64,000 nt of DNA from a virus. Both the position numbers and the translations under genes were made by a program. Numbering within the stretch: position 1 is the stretch's first letter; every line of letters begins with the position of its first letter. Under the pieces are notes generated by a model that saw only the letters and a list, made by a program, of their open reading frames with translations, searched no databases and had not been told where the DNA came from. The stretch covers positions 46,289 to 110,288 of the IMG/VR virus record IMGVR_UViG_3300027973_000032; one strand, 5' to 3'. Of this stretch, positions 1 to 8,581 are shown one piece after another.

Positions 1-2
1 AC

Positions 3-227
3 GAACTATTTGAACAACTTGCTATTGATTGTGCTGGACAATTAGAATGGGACTTTCCCAAACCTCCAGCATCTTTTACTTTCAATCGTGAAGAACTGAT
101 CAAATTCTACAAGTGTATTGTCTACGATGTTCTAAGCGAATTGACCAACGATGACTCATTAGGAAGCCCAAGGATTGACACTATTCGCCGACTGGCAGAA
201 CGATATGGTGTGGCAAACAATGAATAA
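3..227 (+). CDS. Hypothetical phage protein (5'-truncated), MNE..LA..KF..IV..ERYGV family
   Basis: Read by hand in frame 3: ELFEQLAIDC...LIKFYKCIVYD...LAERYGVANNE*. Resembles the next two ORFs. Confidence 0.65.
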   Translation, partial: ELFEQLAIDCAGQLEWDFPKPPASFTFNREELIKFYKCIVYDVLSELTNDDSLGSPRIDTIRRLAERYGVANNE

Positions 228-429
228 AGTAATTAGAGAATTGGCTGAACAAGTATATGGTTCAGCACACTATGATGATTTCAAGTTTGCCGAGTTGATT
301 GTTCGGGAATGTATGAGAATGTGTGAGGTTGCTCAAGTAGGGTATCTTACACACGGACTAGAAAAAGAAGCATCGGGTGCTTTTTCTGTCAAACAATACA
401 TTGAAGAATATCTAGGAGTTGACGAATGA
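220..429 (+). CDS. Hypothetical protein, KFAELIVREC family
   Basis: ATG at 220 (MNKVIRELAEQ); contains FAELIVREC; overlaps neighbours. Confidence 0.75.
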   Translation: MNKVIRELAEQVYGSAHYDDFKFAELIVRECMRMCEVAQVGYLTHGLEKEASGAFSVKQYIEEYLGVDE

Positions 430-695
430 ACGAACGAATTAAACTACTTGCTCTACAGGCTGGTGACTATGTTAATGAAGTATATACTCCTCCACCTGTT
501 AGAAGCAAGACTCCTGGCAAGATTTGGGAAGATGGACATATAGATTGGCATACTCAATTTAATGAAAAATTTGCAGAGTTGATTGTGCGAGAATGTTTGG
601 ACATTGTTAATAGACACGAGTACAGTTATCATGAGGCTGATCCACTTTGGGAAACTGCACAACTGATTAAAGAACGTTTTGGAGTTGAACGATGA
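426..695 (+). CDS. Hypothetical protein, KFAELIVREC family
   Basis: MNERIKLLA...KFAELIVREC...IKERFGVE; ATGA overlaps at both ends. Confidence 0.8.
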   Translation: MNERIKLLALQAGDYVNEVYTPPPVRSKTPGKIWEDGHIDWHTQFNEKFAELIVRECLDIVNRHEYSYHEADPLWETAQLIKERFGVER

Positions 696-895
696 ACGAA
701 CTAATAGAACATATACACGATACTGGCATTAGCTTGCCAGAAGACCTAACCGACTATCAACTACGCATCCTATGCGAAGTCATCATTAGATACTGTGACG
801 AACAGGTAAAAAACAGTCTATGGGCCGAACCTGGCGATCTGTTAGATCACTTTGAACTGGATCGTCTTGACCGTGACGAGGAGGATGAACTATGA
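692..895 (+). CDS. Hypothetical protein, diverged member of the same family
   Basis: MNELIE...LCEVIIRYC...HFEL; ATGA overlap. Confidence 0.65.
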   Translation: MNELIEHIHDTGISLPEDLTDYQLRILCEVIIRYCDEQVKNSLWAEPGDLLDHFELDRLDRDEEDEL

Positions 896-1012
896 TTTGG
901 AGCGCCCTAGTATTTGGATTTTTCTCAGTGTTTGGCTGGAATACTGGTCAAAAGGTCTGGGATAAGTACATTGAACCTCGAACTGAAGCACACACACCAA
1001 AGGAACAAAAAG

Positions 1013-1300
1013 ATGACACAGGGAACTTGCCCCGTTTGTAACGGCACAACTCGTACACCAGCAGATGGATACTTACACACTCGAAGCCATATCTCAGGCT
1101 ATGACAAAGACACAGATACCTTCCCCTGCACAAATTGTGGCGGACAATATATGTACGGGAAACCCCGTGGCACTGTGCCTCTTCGCCCAGATGGCACACC
1201 CTGCAAGCATGATTACACAAGCTCTAACGCAGGACGATGCCTCACTAACTACCAATGTAAATACTGCAACGACAGCTACCAAATTGACAGCGGAGACTAA
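1013..1300 (+). CDS. Zinc-finger protein
   Basis: ATG at 1013 after AGGA; CPVC, CTNC and CKYC motifs. Confidence 0.7.
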   Translation: MTQGTCPVCNGTTRTPADGYLHTRSHISGYDKDTDTFPCTNCGGQYMYGKPRGTVPLRPDGTPCKHDYTSSNAGRCLTNYQCKYCNDSYQIDSGD

Positions 1301-1490
1301 ATGAAAACAATCATTGCACTGGCCTTGGCATTGAACTGCTTGACCTCAATGAGCATGGCCTTAGATAAAGACAAATATTGCCCAATGGGTCAACAACGAG
1401 TGCTAGTGTCAGAATGGCATCGTACTGGCACAGGGCCTTGGCAACGAACTAGCTACTGGATTTGCCAATCATAATATTTAAGGTTAATAA

Positions 1491-1784
1491 ATGAAAATAA
1501 TGAGTGATACTGTACTATGCAAAGATTGTAAACATAGTTTTACACCTTGGCACGCTTGGCTTCAACCAAGTAAATATGCACTACATTGCCGAAAGACCTT
1601 GGTGGCTACCCATACAAATATAGACCCAGTTATTGGTGAGGTTGAAGTAAAATCCCATTACCAAACTTGTCAAACAAATAGACTACGTAGCTTTAAAGAC
1701 GAAACTTGTGGTCCAGATGGTCGAAACTGGGAACCAAAACGTCGTCAAGATCTTTTTAAATATATCAAACACGTGAGCACATAA
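1491..1784 (+). CDS. Cys-rich hypothetical protein
   Basis: CKDCKH...C...C...CGPDG pattern typical of small phage proteins. Confidence 0.7.
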   Translation: MKIMSDTVLCKDCKHSFTPWHAWLQPSKYALHCRKTLVATHTNIDPVIGEVEVKSHYQTCQTNRLRSFKDETCGPDGRNWEPKRRQDLFKYIKHVST

Positions 1785-1972
1785 TGAAAATAATGATTGA
1801 TCCCCAAAATGGTTGGGAATACGACTTTCCCAAAGAATACGATCCTGATCGTGATGGCACAGACTTCTTTGCTTGGCTACTAAGAGAAGGCTATCCACAA
1901 CATATGATCGACTATACTATTGAAATACACGGTGCTTTTAAATATCGTAGCTGGGTTTCAGAAAGAGACTAA
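1784..1972 (+). CDS. Hypothetical protein
   Basis: IDPxxGWxYxFPK-type motif; translationally coupled to the upstream ORF. Confidence 0.65.
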   Translation: MKIMIDPQNGWEYDFPKEYDPDRDGTDFFAWLLREGYPQHMIDYTIEIHGAFKYRSWVSERD

Positions 1973-1973
1973 C

Positions 1974-2345
1974 ATGGAAATTATTGAACCAATCGTCATG
2001 TGCGCCATAGTATTCATTGTTGGTTACATACTGGGCCAACATCATGCTATAGATAATATCACAGACAAACTCATAGAAGATCCAGAAGGTTTTGTTAATC
2101 TAATAAAGAAAGCTAAAGCCGCAGACACTGAAACATTGGAACTAAGCCGAGACAAAGGCGTTATCTACTGCTTTGGATCTAACAAAGGATTCCTAGCACA
2201 GGCTGAAGATCTCGACACATTGGCCCAACGTATACGAGAAGCCCTACCCGGCAAAAGCTATCTCATCCCTGCACAGAAAGACTTTACCACAGACGAACTT
2301 TATAATTTGGCAAAACTCCTACAGAAAAACGTTGACAAAGCTTAA
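1974..2345 (+). CDS. Hypothetical membrane-anchored protein
   Basis: ATG at 1974; N-terminal hydrophobic helix. Confidence 0.7.
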   Translation: MEIIEPIVMCAIVFIVGYILGQHHAIDNITDKLIEDPEGFVNLIKKAKAADTETLELSRDKGVIYCFGSNKGFLAQAEDLDTLAQRIREALPGKSYLIPAQKDFTTDELYNLAKLLQKNVDKA

Positions 2346-2360
2346 ACAAATTAGTATAAT
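2332..2360 (+). promoter_or_regulatory. Consensus sigma70 promoter
   Basis: TTGACA (2332), 17 nt, TATAAT (2355); AGGAG RBS before the ATG at 2382. Confidence 0.85.
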
Positions 2361-2381
2361 TGCTACTCACAGGAGAACTTT

Positions 2382-2654
2382 ATGAAATACTTTAACCCAG
2401 AAAGCAAGACCTACAAGGTCTTCTCAGCACTCTACAACGGCGAAACTCTCACACAGGCAGAAGCTACCAAGCGTTTCAGCGTTGGCAATCTCAGCGCAGA
2501 AGCCACACGCATTCGTCAAAACGGCTATGCTGTATATAGCACCCGTCGTCGGGCAGGTAACGGCGTTATGGTCACCGAATACACTTTGGGCAAACCAAGT
2601 CGTGAAATCGTGGCCTTAGGTTACAAAGCCAAGAGCATGGGTATTACTCTTTGA
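2382..2654 (+). CDS. Small basic winged-HTH-like DNA-binding protein
   Basis: GETLTQAEATKRFSVGNLSAEATRIRQNGYAV HTH-like pattern; has its own promoter and terminator. Confidence 0.7.
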   Translation: MKYFNPESKTYKVFSALYNGETLTQAEATKRFSVGNLSAEATRIRQNGYAVYSTRRRAGNGVMVTEYTLGKPSREIVALGYKAKSMGITL

Positions 2655-2676
2655 TACTTAATAAGTATTAGAGTAC

Positions 2677-2700
2677 AGGGGCGTACAGCCCCTTTTTTTT
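2677..2700 (+). terminator. Rho-independent terminator
   Basis: GGGGC-GTACA-GCCCC followed by T8. Confidence 0.8.
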
Positions 2701-2710
2701 AGACTAAACT

Positions 2711-3466
2711 ATGGCAATAAAAGTTTACTACCATATACACTGCACAGGCGATATTTACGGCGATCTCTTCCTCGTCGACGAACAACTTAAGGCCCTACAA
2801 TGGAGCCGACTACTATACTCAGCAGAAGTTAACTGCGTGATCACCGGCACTAATAGCTGGAACGTTTGGGAACTGGTGGATCGTACACTGGGTCGAGAAC
2901 GTAAACGCTGCGTTAAAACCATTGAACGCGTGGACATTGATCACGAAGAACTCTACGAAGGACGCACACTTCAACACCTCTGGCAAGATGCCAAACCAGA
3001 TGACGCCATATGCTATATACATACCAAAGGTATTAGCTACTTTATGGGTAATCGTAAGGTCAACGGCGAATTCAACGCTAGACACATTAAGGCTATCAAC
3101 GGCTGGCGACTTAAAATGGAACAGAAGATTCTCACTGAATGGCCACAAAGAGTTGCTCTGCTACCACAATGCGACACACAAGGCTGCTACTTTCGACAAG
3201 ATCCATTTTGGCACTACATGGGCAACTTTTGGTGGGCTAAGGGCAGTCATATCCGTAAATTGGCTAATCCCATAGAGTACACCGCCTTACCTTATCCTGG
3301 TGAACAATACGAAGAAACTAAACCAGCTAGAATGAAATACGAACAATGGCTATTCAGCAAGGAAGGCTATCACCTAAACTTAGAACCCTACATGGACTGG
3401 CCAAAAAGACAACCAGGCTATGCTGAAGTGTTTAATCCCTACGAAGACGACGTTAGCGAACCATGA
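2711..3466 (+). CDS. Putative glycosyltransferase-like protein, HTKG/NFWW paralog 1
   Basis: YYHI, YEGRTL, YIHTKG, GNFWW and YEQWL motifs shared with three neighbours. Confidence 0.6.
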   Translation: MAIKVYYHIHCTGDIYGDLFLVDEQLKALQWSRLLYSAEVNCVITGTNSWNVWELVDRTLGRERKRCVKTIERVDIDHEELYEGRTLQHLWQDAKPDDAICYIHTKGISYFMGNRKVNGEFNARHIKAINGWRLKMEQKILTEWPQRVALLPQCDTQGCYFRQDPFWHYMGNFWWAKGSHIRKLANPIEYTALPYPGEQYEETKPARMKYEQWLFSKEGYHLNLEPYMDWPKRQPGYAEVFNPYEDDVSEP

Positions 3467-4302
3467 ACAAACTATTCTACCACATATACACTAGCGAACA
3501 TCCCACTGTGGGACTGATGATGATAGATCAACAGATACGCAGAATGAAATCCAGTGGCCTATACTACAACGCTGAAATGAACTGCGTGATCACAGGCCCA
3601 CACTGTAAACAGGCAGAAGAATTAGTCAAACTACACGGCGGATTTCGAATCTTAGAAGTCACAGAACGAGACGATGAACAGATCTTCGAAGGACGCACAC
3701 TGCGCTATCTATACGAACAAACACTACCAGAAGATAAAGTCTGCTACATGCACACTAAGGGCATTAGCTACATAACTGCACAGAATCGTATCAACGGCTT
3801 TATTGCTCCACGTAACGTAAGAGCAGTGAATGGCTGGCGTCATGCCATGGAATACTACTGCATAGATGAATGGCAAACTAGAACTGAACATCTAGGCGTG
3901 GCCTGCGATACTGTAGGCATTATGCTGATCTTCCACCCTTTCTACATGTACGGCGGAAACTTTTGGTGGAGCATGGGCAGTCATATACGCACACTACCAC
4001 ATCCCTTAGAATGGAAGGGCAACGACTACGAACGCACAGGCGAAAACGCTGACCCAACTCCCGAACTGACCATGCTACGCATGAGACACGAACAATGGAT
4101 CTTTGCACAACGAGAAGGCTATTTTATGAGCCTGTTTAACATACTGGACTTGCCCAAAGACGATGAACATCATCTTTGCAGCAGCTTCTGGCTCTACGAA
4201 GATGACCTACTACCTCACGTGGTCAGAGAAAGAGCTCTACACAAAGGAGATGGAGCTCTACTCCAACTACTGAACTATCGCATACAACCTCCCCCTCAAT
4301 AA
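3463..4302 (+). CDS. Putative glycosyltransferase-like protein, HTKG/NFWW paralog 2
   Basis: FYHI, FEGRTL, YMHTKG, GNFWW, HEQWI. Confidence 0.6.
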   Translation: MNKLFYHIYTSEHPTVGLMMIDQQIRRMKSSGLYYNAEMNCVITGPHCKQAEELVKLHGGFRILEVTERDDEQIFEGRTLRYLYEQTLPEDKVCYMHTKGISYITAQNRINGFIAPRNVRAVNGWRHAMEYYCIDEWQTRTEHLGVACDTVGIMLIFHPFYMYGGNFWWSMGSHIRTLPHPLEWKGNDYERTGENADPTPELTMLRMRHEQWIFAQREGYFMSLFNILDLPKDDEHHLCSSFWLYEDDLLPHVVRERALHKGDGALLQLLNYRIQPPPQ

Positions 4303-4305
4303 ACT

Positions 4306-5064
4306 ATGATTAAAATATACTACCACATTTGGACAGCAAGAAACGTCCCAGTTAATCTCTTCCTCATAGACGATCAACTGAAAAGACTACAACACACAGG
4401 CCTCACAGAAGAAGGCGAAGTCTACTGCACTATCAGTGGCAATAATCCCTACTCAGCACTGGACCTATGCAAGGCACACCCTTGGCTTAACGTACTGGAA
4501 TGCGTGGAAGGTGACCCCAATATGGAGTACGAAGGGCGCACACTAAAATATCTATGGAGAGACACTCGACCAGAAGATCATGTGTTCTACTTCCATACTA
4601 AGGGACTGAGCTTTCTCAGCGGCGATAGAATATGGGGCGAACTGAATCAACAACTTAGACCACGTAATATCAAGGCACTGAGCAGCTGGCGTTTGGTCAT
4701 GGAGACTGAACTACTGGACAGCTGGATTTGGCGCAGACATCAACTTAACGAAGGTGCAGACACACTGGGCTGCTACTTCTTAGGAGATCCTTTCTATCAC
4801 TACATGGGCAACTTTTGGTGGGCCCGTGGCACACACATCCGTAAACTGCCAGATCCCTTAAACTTTGACATTGCTCCATACCCTGCTATGGCTCTAATAG
4901 AAACTAGCCCACTTAGAATCAAATACGAACAATGGCTATTCCGCGCACCAGATAGCTACTACGTGGGCGTGAGAGACTGGCCATTCCACCTTCAAGACAC
5001 TAAAGAACCTGGATATAGCCCAGGAATAAACCCCTACGAAGATGACTACTGGGACTTGAAATGA
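4306..5064 (+). CDS. Putative glycosyltransferase-like protein, HTKG/NFWW paralog 3
   Basis: YYHI, YEGRTL, YFHTKG, GNFWW, YEQWL. Confidence 0.6.
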   Translation: MIKIYYHIWTARNVPVNLFLIDDQLKRLQHTGLTEEGEVYCTISGNNPYSALDLCKAHPWLNVLECVEGDPNMEYEGRTLKYLWRDTRPEDHVFYFHTKGLSFLSGDRIWGELNQQLRPRNIKALSSWRLVMETELLDSWIWRRHQLNEGADTLGCYFLGDPFYHYMGNFWWARGTHIRKLPDPLNFDIAPYPAMALIETSPLRIKYEQWLFRAPDSYYVGVRDWPFHLQDTKEPGYSPGINPYEDDYWDLK

Positions 5065-5852
5065 TTAAACTATACTACCACATTTACACTAGCACTAATA
5101 AGATGATCAGCCAAATGCTGATTGATCAACAACTACGACGCATACGCAACGCTGGCATTAACCAACATAACACCCAAATGAACTGCGTGATCACAGGTCC
5201 ATGGTGGCAACCCGCTAAAGAACTGGTTGAACGCTTTGGTGGCTTCCGTATCTTAGAAACTAAGAACCAAGACGAAGAAGGCTTCTACGAAGGCCGCACA
5301 CTACGCTACATTTGGCAAGACGCAAAGATGGACGATGGTATCTGCTTTGTACACACTAAAGGTTCAGCTTACCTCAGCGGAGAGAAACACGTCAACGGAT
5401 GGAACCAACCCCGTAACATCACTGCTATAAACAGCTGGCGCTGGGCTATGGAATACTACACACTGGACCTGTGGCAGGATCGCATACACAACTTGAACAC
5501 AGCCACTGACACTGAAGGCATTATGATGTACCTAGACCCATTTTGGCACTATGCAGGTAACTTCTGGTGGGCTAAGGGCAGTCACATTAGACGACTACCA
5601 GACCCTACTAGAATGGAAGCACCCTACGGTGATAGAATGAACCCCCGCGCTTGGCTTATGATCAATAAGGGACATCATATGAACTACTTTGATTGCTTGA
5701 CTCAACCACGCAGCGATGGCCGTACTGGACCATTCCGCATGCACGAAGACGACTGCATGCCACACGTACTGGCTGAACGTAAGAGACTGACCCTTCTTAA
5801 AGATGCACTACGACGCAACGACGGCGAAGCAGTTGCTCGCTACAGTAGGTAA
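5061..5852 (+). CDS. Putative glycosyltransferase-like protein, HTKG/NFWW paralog 4
   Basis: YYHI, YEGRTL, FVHTKG, GNFWW; the EQW motif is replaced by PRAW. Confidence 0.6.
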   Translation: MIKLYYHIYTSTNKMISQMLIDQQLRRIRNAGINQHNTQMNCVITGPWWQPAKELVERFGGFRILETKNQDEEGFYEGRTLRYIWQDAKMDDGICFVHTKGSAYLSGEKHVNGWNQPRNITAINSWRWAMEYYTLDLWQDRIHNLNTATDTEGIMMYLDPFWHYAGNFWWAKGSHIRRLPDPTRMEAPYGDRMNPRAWLMINKGHHMNYFDCLTQPRSDGRTGPFRMHEDDCMPHVLAERKRLTLLKDALRRNDGEAVARYSR

Positions 5853-5859
5853 ATACTCA

Positions 5860-6090
5860 ATGAAAGACTTCGGCGAAATGATGATTGTTATGGGCATGAT
5901 GCAGGTCATTGAACAGGCCTACAAACTTAAACAACCTATCTCTTGGCGCACTGTATACAAAACACTGCGCTTAGATGAAAGCTTCTGGTCTGAAGACTAT
6001 AGCATAGACGAAGAAATTGTGATAAACAACGACGCCGAACTATACCTGATCAAGGCCACACTGGAAAGTAAATTTACTACTAAACATTAA
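5860..6090 (+). CDS. Hypothetical protein
   Basis: ATG at 5860, just after TAAATA. Confidence 0.55.
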   Translation: MKDFGEMMIVMGMMQVIEQAYKLKQPISWRTVYKTLRLDESFWSEDYSIDEEIVINNDAELYLIKATLESKFTTKH

Positions 6091-6091
6091 T

Positions 6092-6646
6092 ATGCAACTG
6101 GTCTATCCCTTAGATTCATTTGAATACGAACAGACTGAAATTAAACAGATGTTTCTAGACGATTGGGACTGGATTAAAAATACTCAAAAATATAATCATA
6201 TGGGCTCTGATTTACTCAGCGAGGACTTGATAGAAAAAAACTTCCCAATATTGACAAAAAATATTCGAAAATTAATGCACGAAGACGACGTCTTCACAGC
6301 GAGATTTTTTGCTACTAGACCCCATAGCTGCGGCGACGTACATATTGATATGAGAAAAGAAAGAACTTTGGTCAGAGACTGGAGCTTGAATTTACCCATC
6401 GAGAACTGTGATAACACATATCATGAATGGTTCGATACACACAACGACCTACATACGGAGTCAAAATATAACTCTTTGTTTTGGAGAAACTACACTGCTG
6501 GCACACTGATCCACAGCCACGAACTTACTGGACCTGCCATAATGAAAGTGTCAATTCCCCATAGGATTAATAATCCCCTAGACACTTTTAGATTGATACT
6601 GGGCATACGCACAGAAAGTAATAGCTTTAACTACCCTTTGGTCTAG
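6092..6646 (+). CDS. Putative 2OG-Fe(II) oxygenase / cupin-like protein
   Basis: HID (HxD)...SLNLPI...PHRINN...RLIL metal-triad spacing. Confidence 0.55.
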   Translation: MQLVYPLDSFEYEQTEIKQMFLDDWDWIKNTQKYNHMGSDLLSEDLIEKNFPILTKNIRKLMHEDDVFTARFFATRPHSCGDVHIDMRKERTLVRDWSLNLPIENCDNTYHEWFDTHNDLHTESKYNSLFWRNYTAGTLIHSHELTGPAIMKVSIPHRINNPLDTFRLILGIRTESNSFNYPLV

Positions 6647-6762
6647 CTGTGAGCCTTACTGGTCTAGAACTAATTGATACTTGATACTATTTGATCACTG
6701 ATCGAGTGTACAGAGAACTGCTTAACGGCATCTAACCAACTAGACTCTGTACAACTCCATAT

Positions 6763-6791
6763 ACTATACACGCCATAACTGACTAAGTCAA
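6763..6791 (-). promoter_or_regulatory. Leftward sigma70 promoter with no protein-sized ORF behind it
   Basis: On the - strand: TTGACT, 17 nt, TATAGT. Confidence 0.55.
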
Positions 6792-6810
6792 CTACTAATA
6801 CAGCCAAAAG

Positions 6811-6901
6811 AGCTAGCTGTGAGCCTTTGCATATACAGCATATACAAATGGTCTAGCTGTGAACCTTTGCATACACAACAAATACAAAAGGTCTAGCTGT
6901 G
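6811..6901. repeat. 40-bp tandem repeat (about 2.3 copies), with dispersed partial copies at 6640 and about 7518
   Basis: CTAGCTGTG starts at 6813, 6853 and 6893; also at 6643. GCTGTGAACC occurs near 7518. Confidence 0.85.
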
Positions 6902-6942
6902 GGTATTACACATACGCACACAAGCACACAGATAAATACACA

Positions 6943-7126
6943 CATGATGGACTACATACCTTTACTCGTGCTCGTACCCTTGGCACTCATAGTACTATAC
7001 CTAGTTGACTACTACTGGGATGAAGCCGAAGGACTGTTTACCCTCACGTACCTACTGGCCATACTGAGCATACTCATAGGCTGGACTCTGACAGCGATAC
7101 TAGACTATAACATTTTCCTACCATGA
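6943..7126 (+). CDS. Small two-TM membrane protein
   Basis: MMDYIPLLVLVPLALIVLYLV...LLAILSILIGW; start position approximate. Confidence 0.5.
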
Positions 7127-7579
7127 TCCTGATCCCCCACATACTTTTGGTCATAACACTACTGTTCCTAACCACATACTGGCGCATTAAAGAAAGTCTC
7201 CTTTGGAGTGAATGGGCTATATTCACTATACTACTACTAGGCCTACTGGCGGCCTTTGTACACGAAATTATACAAAACTTTTGAACCTACTGTGGACATG
7301 GTGGATCTTACTGTACAGAAAGATTCATAGAATCAACGTAGAACATGCTAGAACGCAAGGTGAGTATTTGTGCATAGCCAGTCTCCACCACAGTCCGCCC
7401 AAAATATTTCTACTGTAGATACAGTTTTGCAACCGTTCAAAACTGTCATTGGCCCAGAAACATTACACTTTTCCACACCATTCTACACCTTTTAACACCT
7501 TTATACGGTACTAGTAGGCTGTGAACCTAGTAGTCGAGGAGACTTATTGGGTTGGCCCGAGCCGTAGTAAATAACTAGT

Positions 7580-7774
7580 ATGTATACAGTACAGTTAGAC
7601 ACAGCCACTATAGAGGCGCACTTGGAGCAATTAGCTTGGTGTCAAAGCCAGCGTTGGGTTCCGGGTCGAGATTTTTGGTTTGTTGGGATCAAATTACCTT
7701 TTGTGCCGGTAGAATGGCATTTTCAGGATCAAAAGAAGGCTGTATGGTTTAGTTTGTATTGGACTTCAGTGTAG
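7580..7774 (+). CDS. Hypothetical protein
   Basis: TAAATA upstream; WC...W.F.D.K.A.WF.L.W pattern common in such phages. Confidence 0.65.
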   Translation: MYTVQLDTATIEAHLEQLAWCQSQRWVPGRDFWFVGIKLPFVPVEWHFQDQKKAVWFSLYWTSV

Positions 7775-7814
7775 TTGTTTCGTTCATAATAGTTATTGAA
7801 ATCATAATTAGGAG

Positions 7815-7938
7815 GTTCTGAAGGTTAGAACAGTCATTCAGTCCAGAACTATCGTACGAATCAGAACTATTCTGGAGACTAGAACGTTCTGAAGGCTAGA
7901 ACTATCATGCGGATCAGAACTATTCTGGATTTCAGAAC
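7815..7938. repeat. Phased AGAAC array with 17-18-bp period (iteron-like)
   Basis: AGAAC at 7827, 7845, 7863, 7881, 7898, 7916 and 7934, interleaved with TTCTG. Confidence 0.85.
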
Positions 7939-8094
7939 AATTGTCGCGGAAAAACAACGAAGGTGCAGGAAAACAACACCGGTTGACAGAATTCTCCTTT
8001 TCCAATCCAAACTCATTCTGGAATTCATAATGACCAAACCTGTTAGGCAGCCTCGCCGTCCACCCCCAGTATGCCTGTTCGAACACATGCTCAT

Positions 8095-8143
8095 ATTATA
8101 GCTGAATCACTGTGGGCCGTCAATAGTGTTGCAGATTCACAAC
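8095..8143 (-). promoter_or_regulatory. Leftward composite box promoter pointing into the repeat region
   Basis: On the - strand: GTTGTGAATCTGCAAC, ACTA, TTGACG, 17 nt, TATAAT. Confidence 0.8.
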
Positions 8144-8144
8144 A

Positions 8145-8193
8145 GTAGTGAAAAAACAACAGCATTGACGTAGCCCCCAACTGACACTATAAT
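8145..8193 (+). promoter_or_regulatory. Composite box promoter 1
   Basis: GTAG-N8-CAAC (degenerate), 4 nt, TTGACG, 17 nt, TATAAT. Confidence 0.8.
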
Positions 8194-8226
8194 AACAACA
8201 TGGCGACACAGACACAGGAGCACAAG

Positions 8227-8556
8227 ATGCAAGTCACAGCAAAGATTCTTCTCTTAGACCCAGAGTACATGGGCCAGTTCTACTTCAAACCTAACCCACG
8301 TGAGACTGCACGAGAGCTGTTGGCCAAGGACCTTTACACTGAGCAAGGCCAGTTCACGCTGAACGTCACTGACAGTGAAGACGCGGCGGAGTTCTTGTTC
8401 GATCTTACCAACAATCCCAGCAAGGATGACTTGCGGGCTGTACTGTACGGACGTGGTCGTTCGCTCAGTGTGGGCGACATTGTTGACGTAGACGGTGAGC
8501 TTTTGCTCTGTGCTAACACGGGATGGCAGCGTGTTGCATACGCACAACAGGCTTGA
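8227..8556 (+). CDS. Early hypothetical protein (YodL-like SLSVGDIV motif)
   Basis: GGAG RBS; RSLSVGDIV...GW; in-frame upstream ATG at 8200. Confidence 0.7.
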   Translation: MQVTAKILLLDPEYMGQFYFKPNPRETARELLAKDLYTEQGQFTLNVTDSEDAAEFLFDLTNNPSKDDLRAVLYGRGRSLSVGDIVDVDGELLLCANTGWQRVAYAQQA

Positions 8557-8581
8557 CGTAGGGCCGCAAAGGCCTTATACT
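8533..8581 (+). promoter_or_regulatory. Composite box promoter 2
   Basis: GTTGCATACGCACAAC, AGGC, TTGACG, 17 nt, TATACT. Confidence 0.85.

Noticed and set aside
2711-5852. Diversity-generating retroelement among the paralogs
   Set aside because: There is no reverse transcriptase and no near-identical TR/VR pair with A-specific differences; divergence is spread across whole genes.
6811-6901. Mini CRISPR array
   Set aside because: The intervening sequences resemble each other (a true 40-bp tandem repeat), the period is too short, and no cas genes are present.
7827-7938. LexA (SOS) boxes
   Set aside because: The spacings fit neither GAAC-N4-GTTC nor GTTC-N7-GTTC.
7838-8101. ORFs 7838-8086(-), 7879-8094(-) and 7907-8101(+)
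   Set aside because: They are mutually overlapping translations of the repeat array with no convincing RBS or protein-like character.
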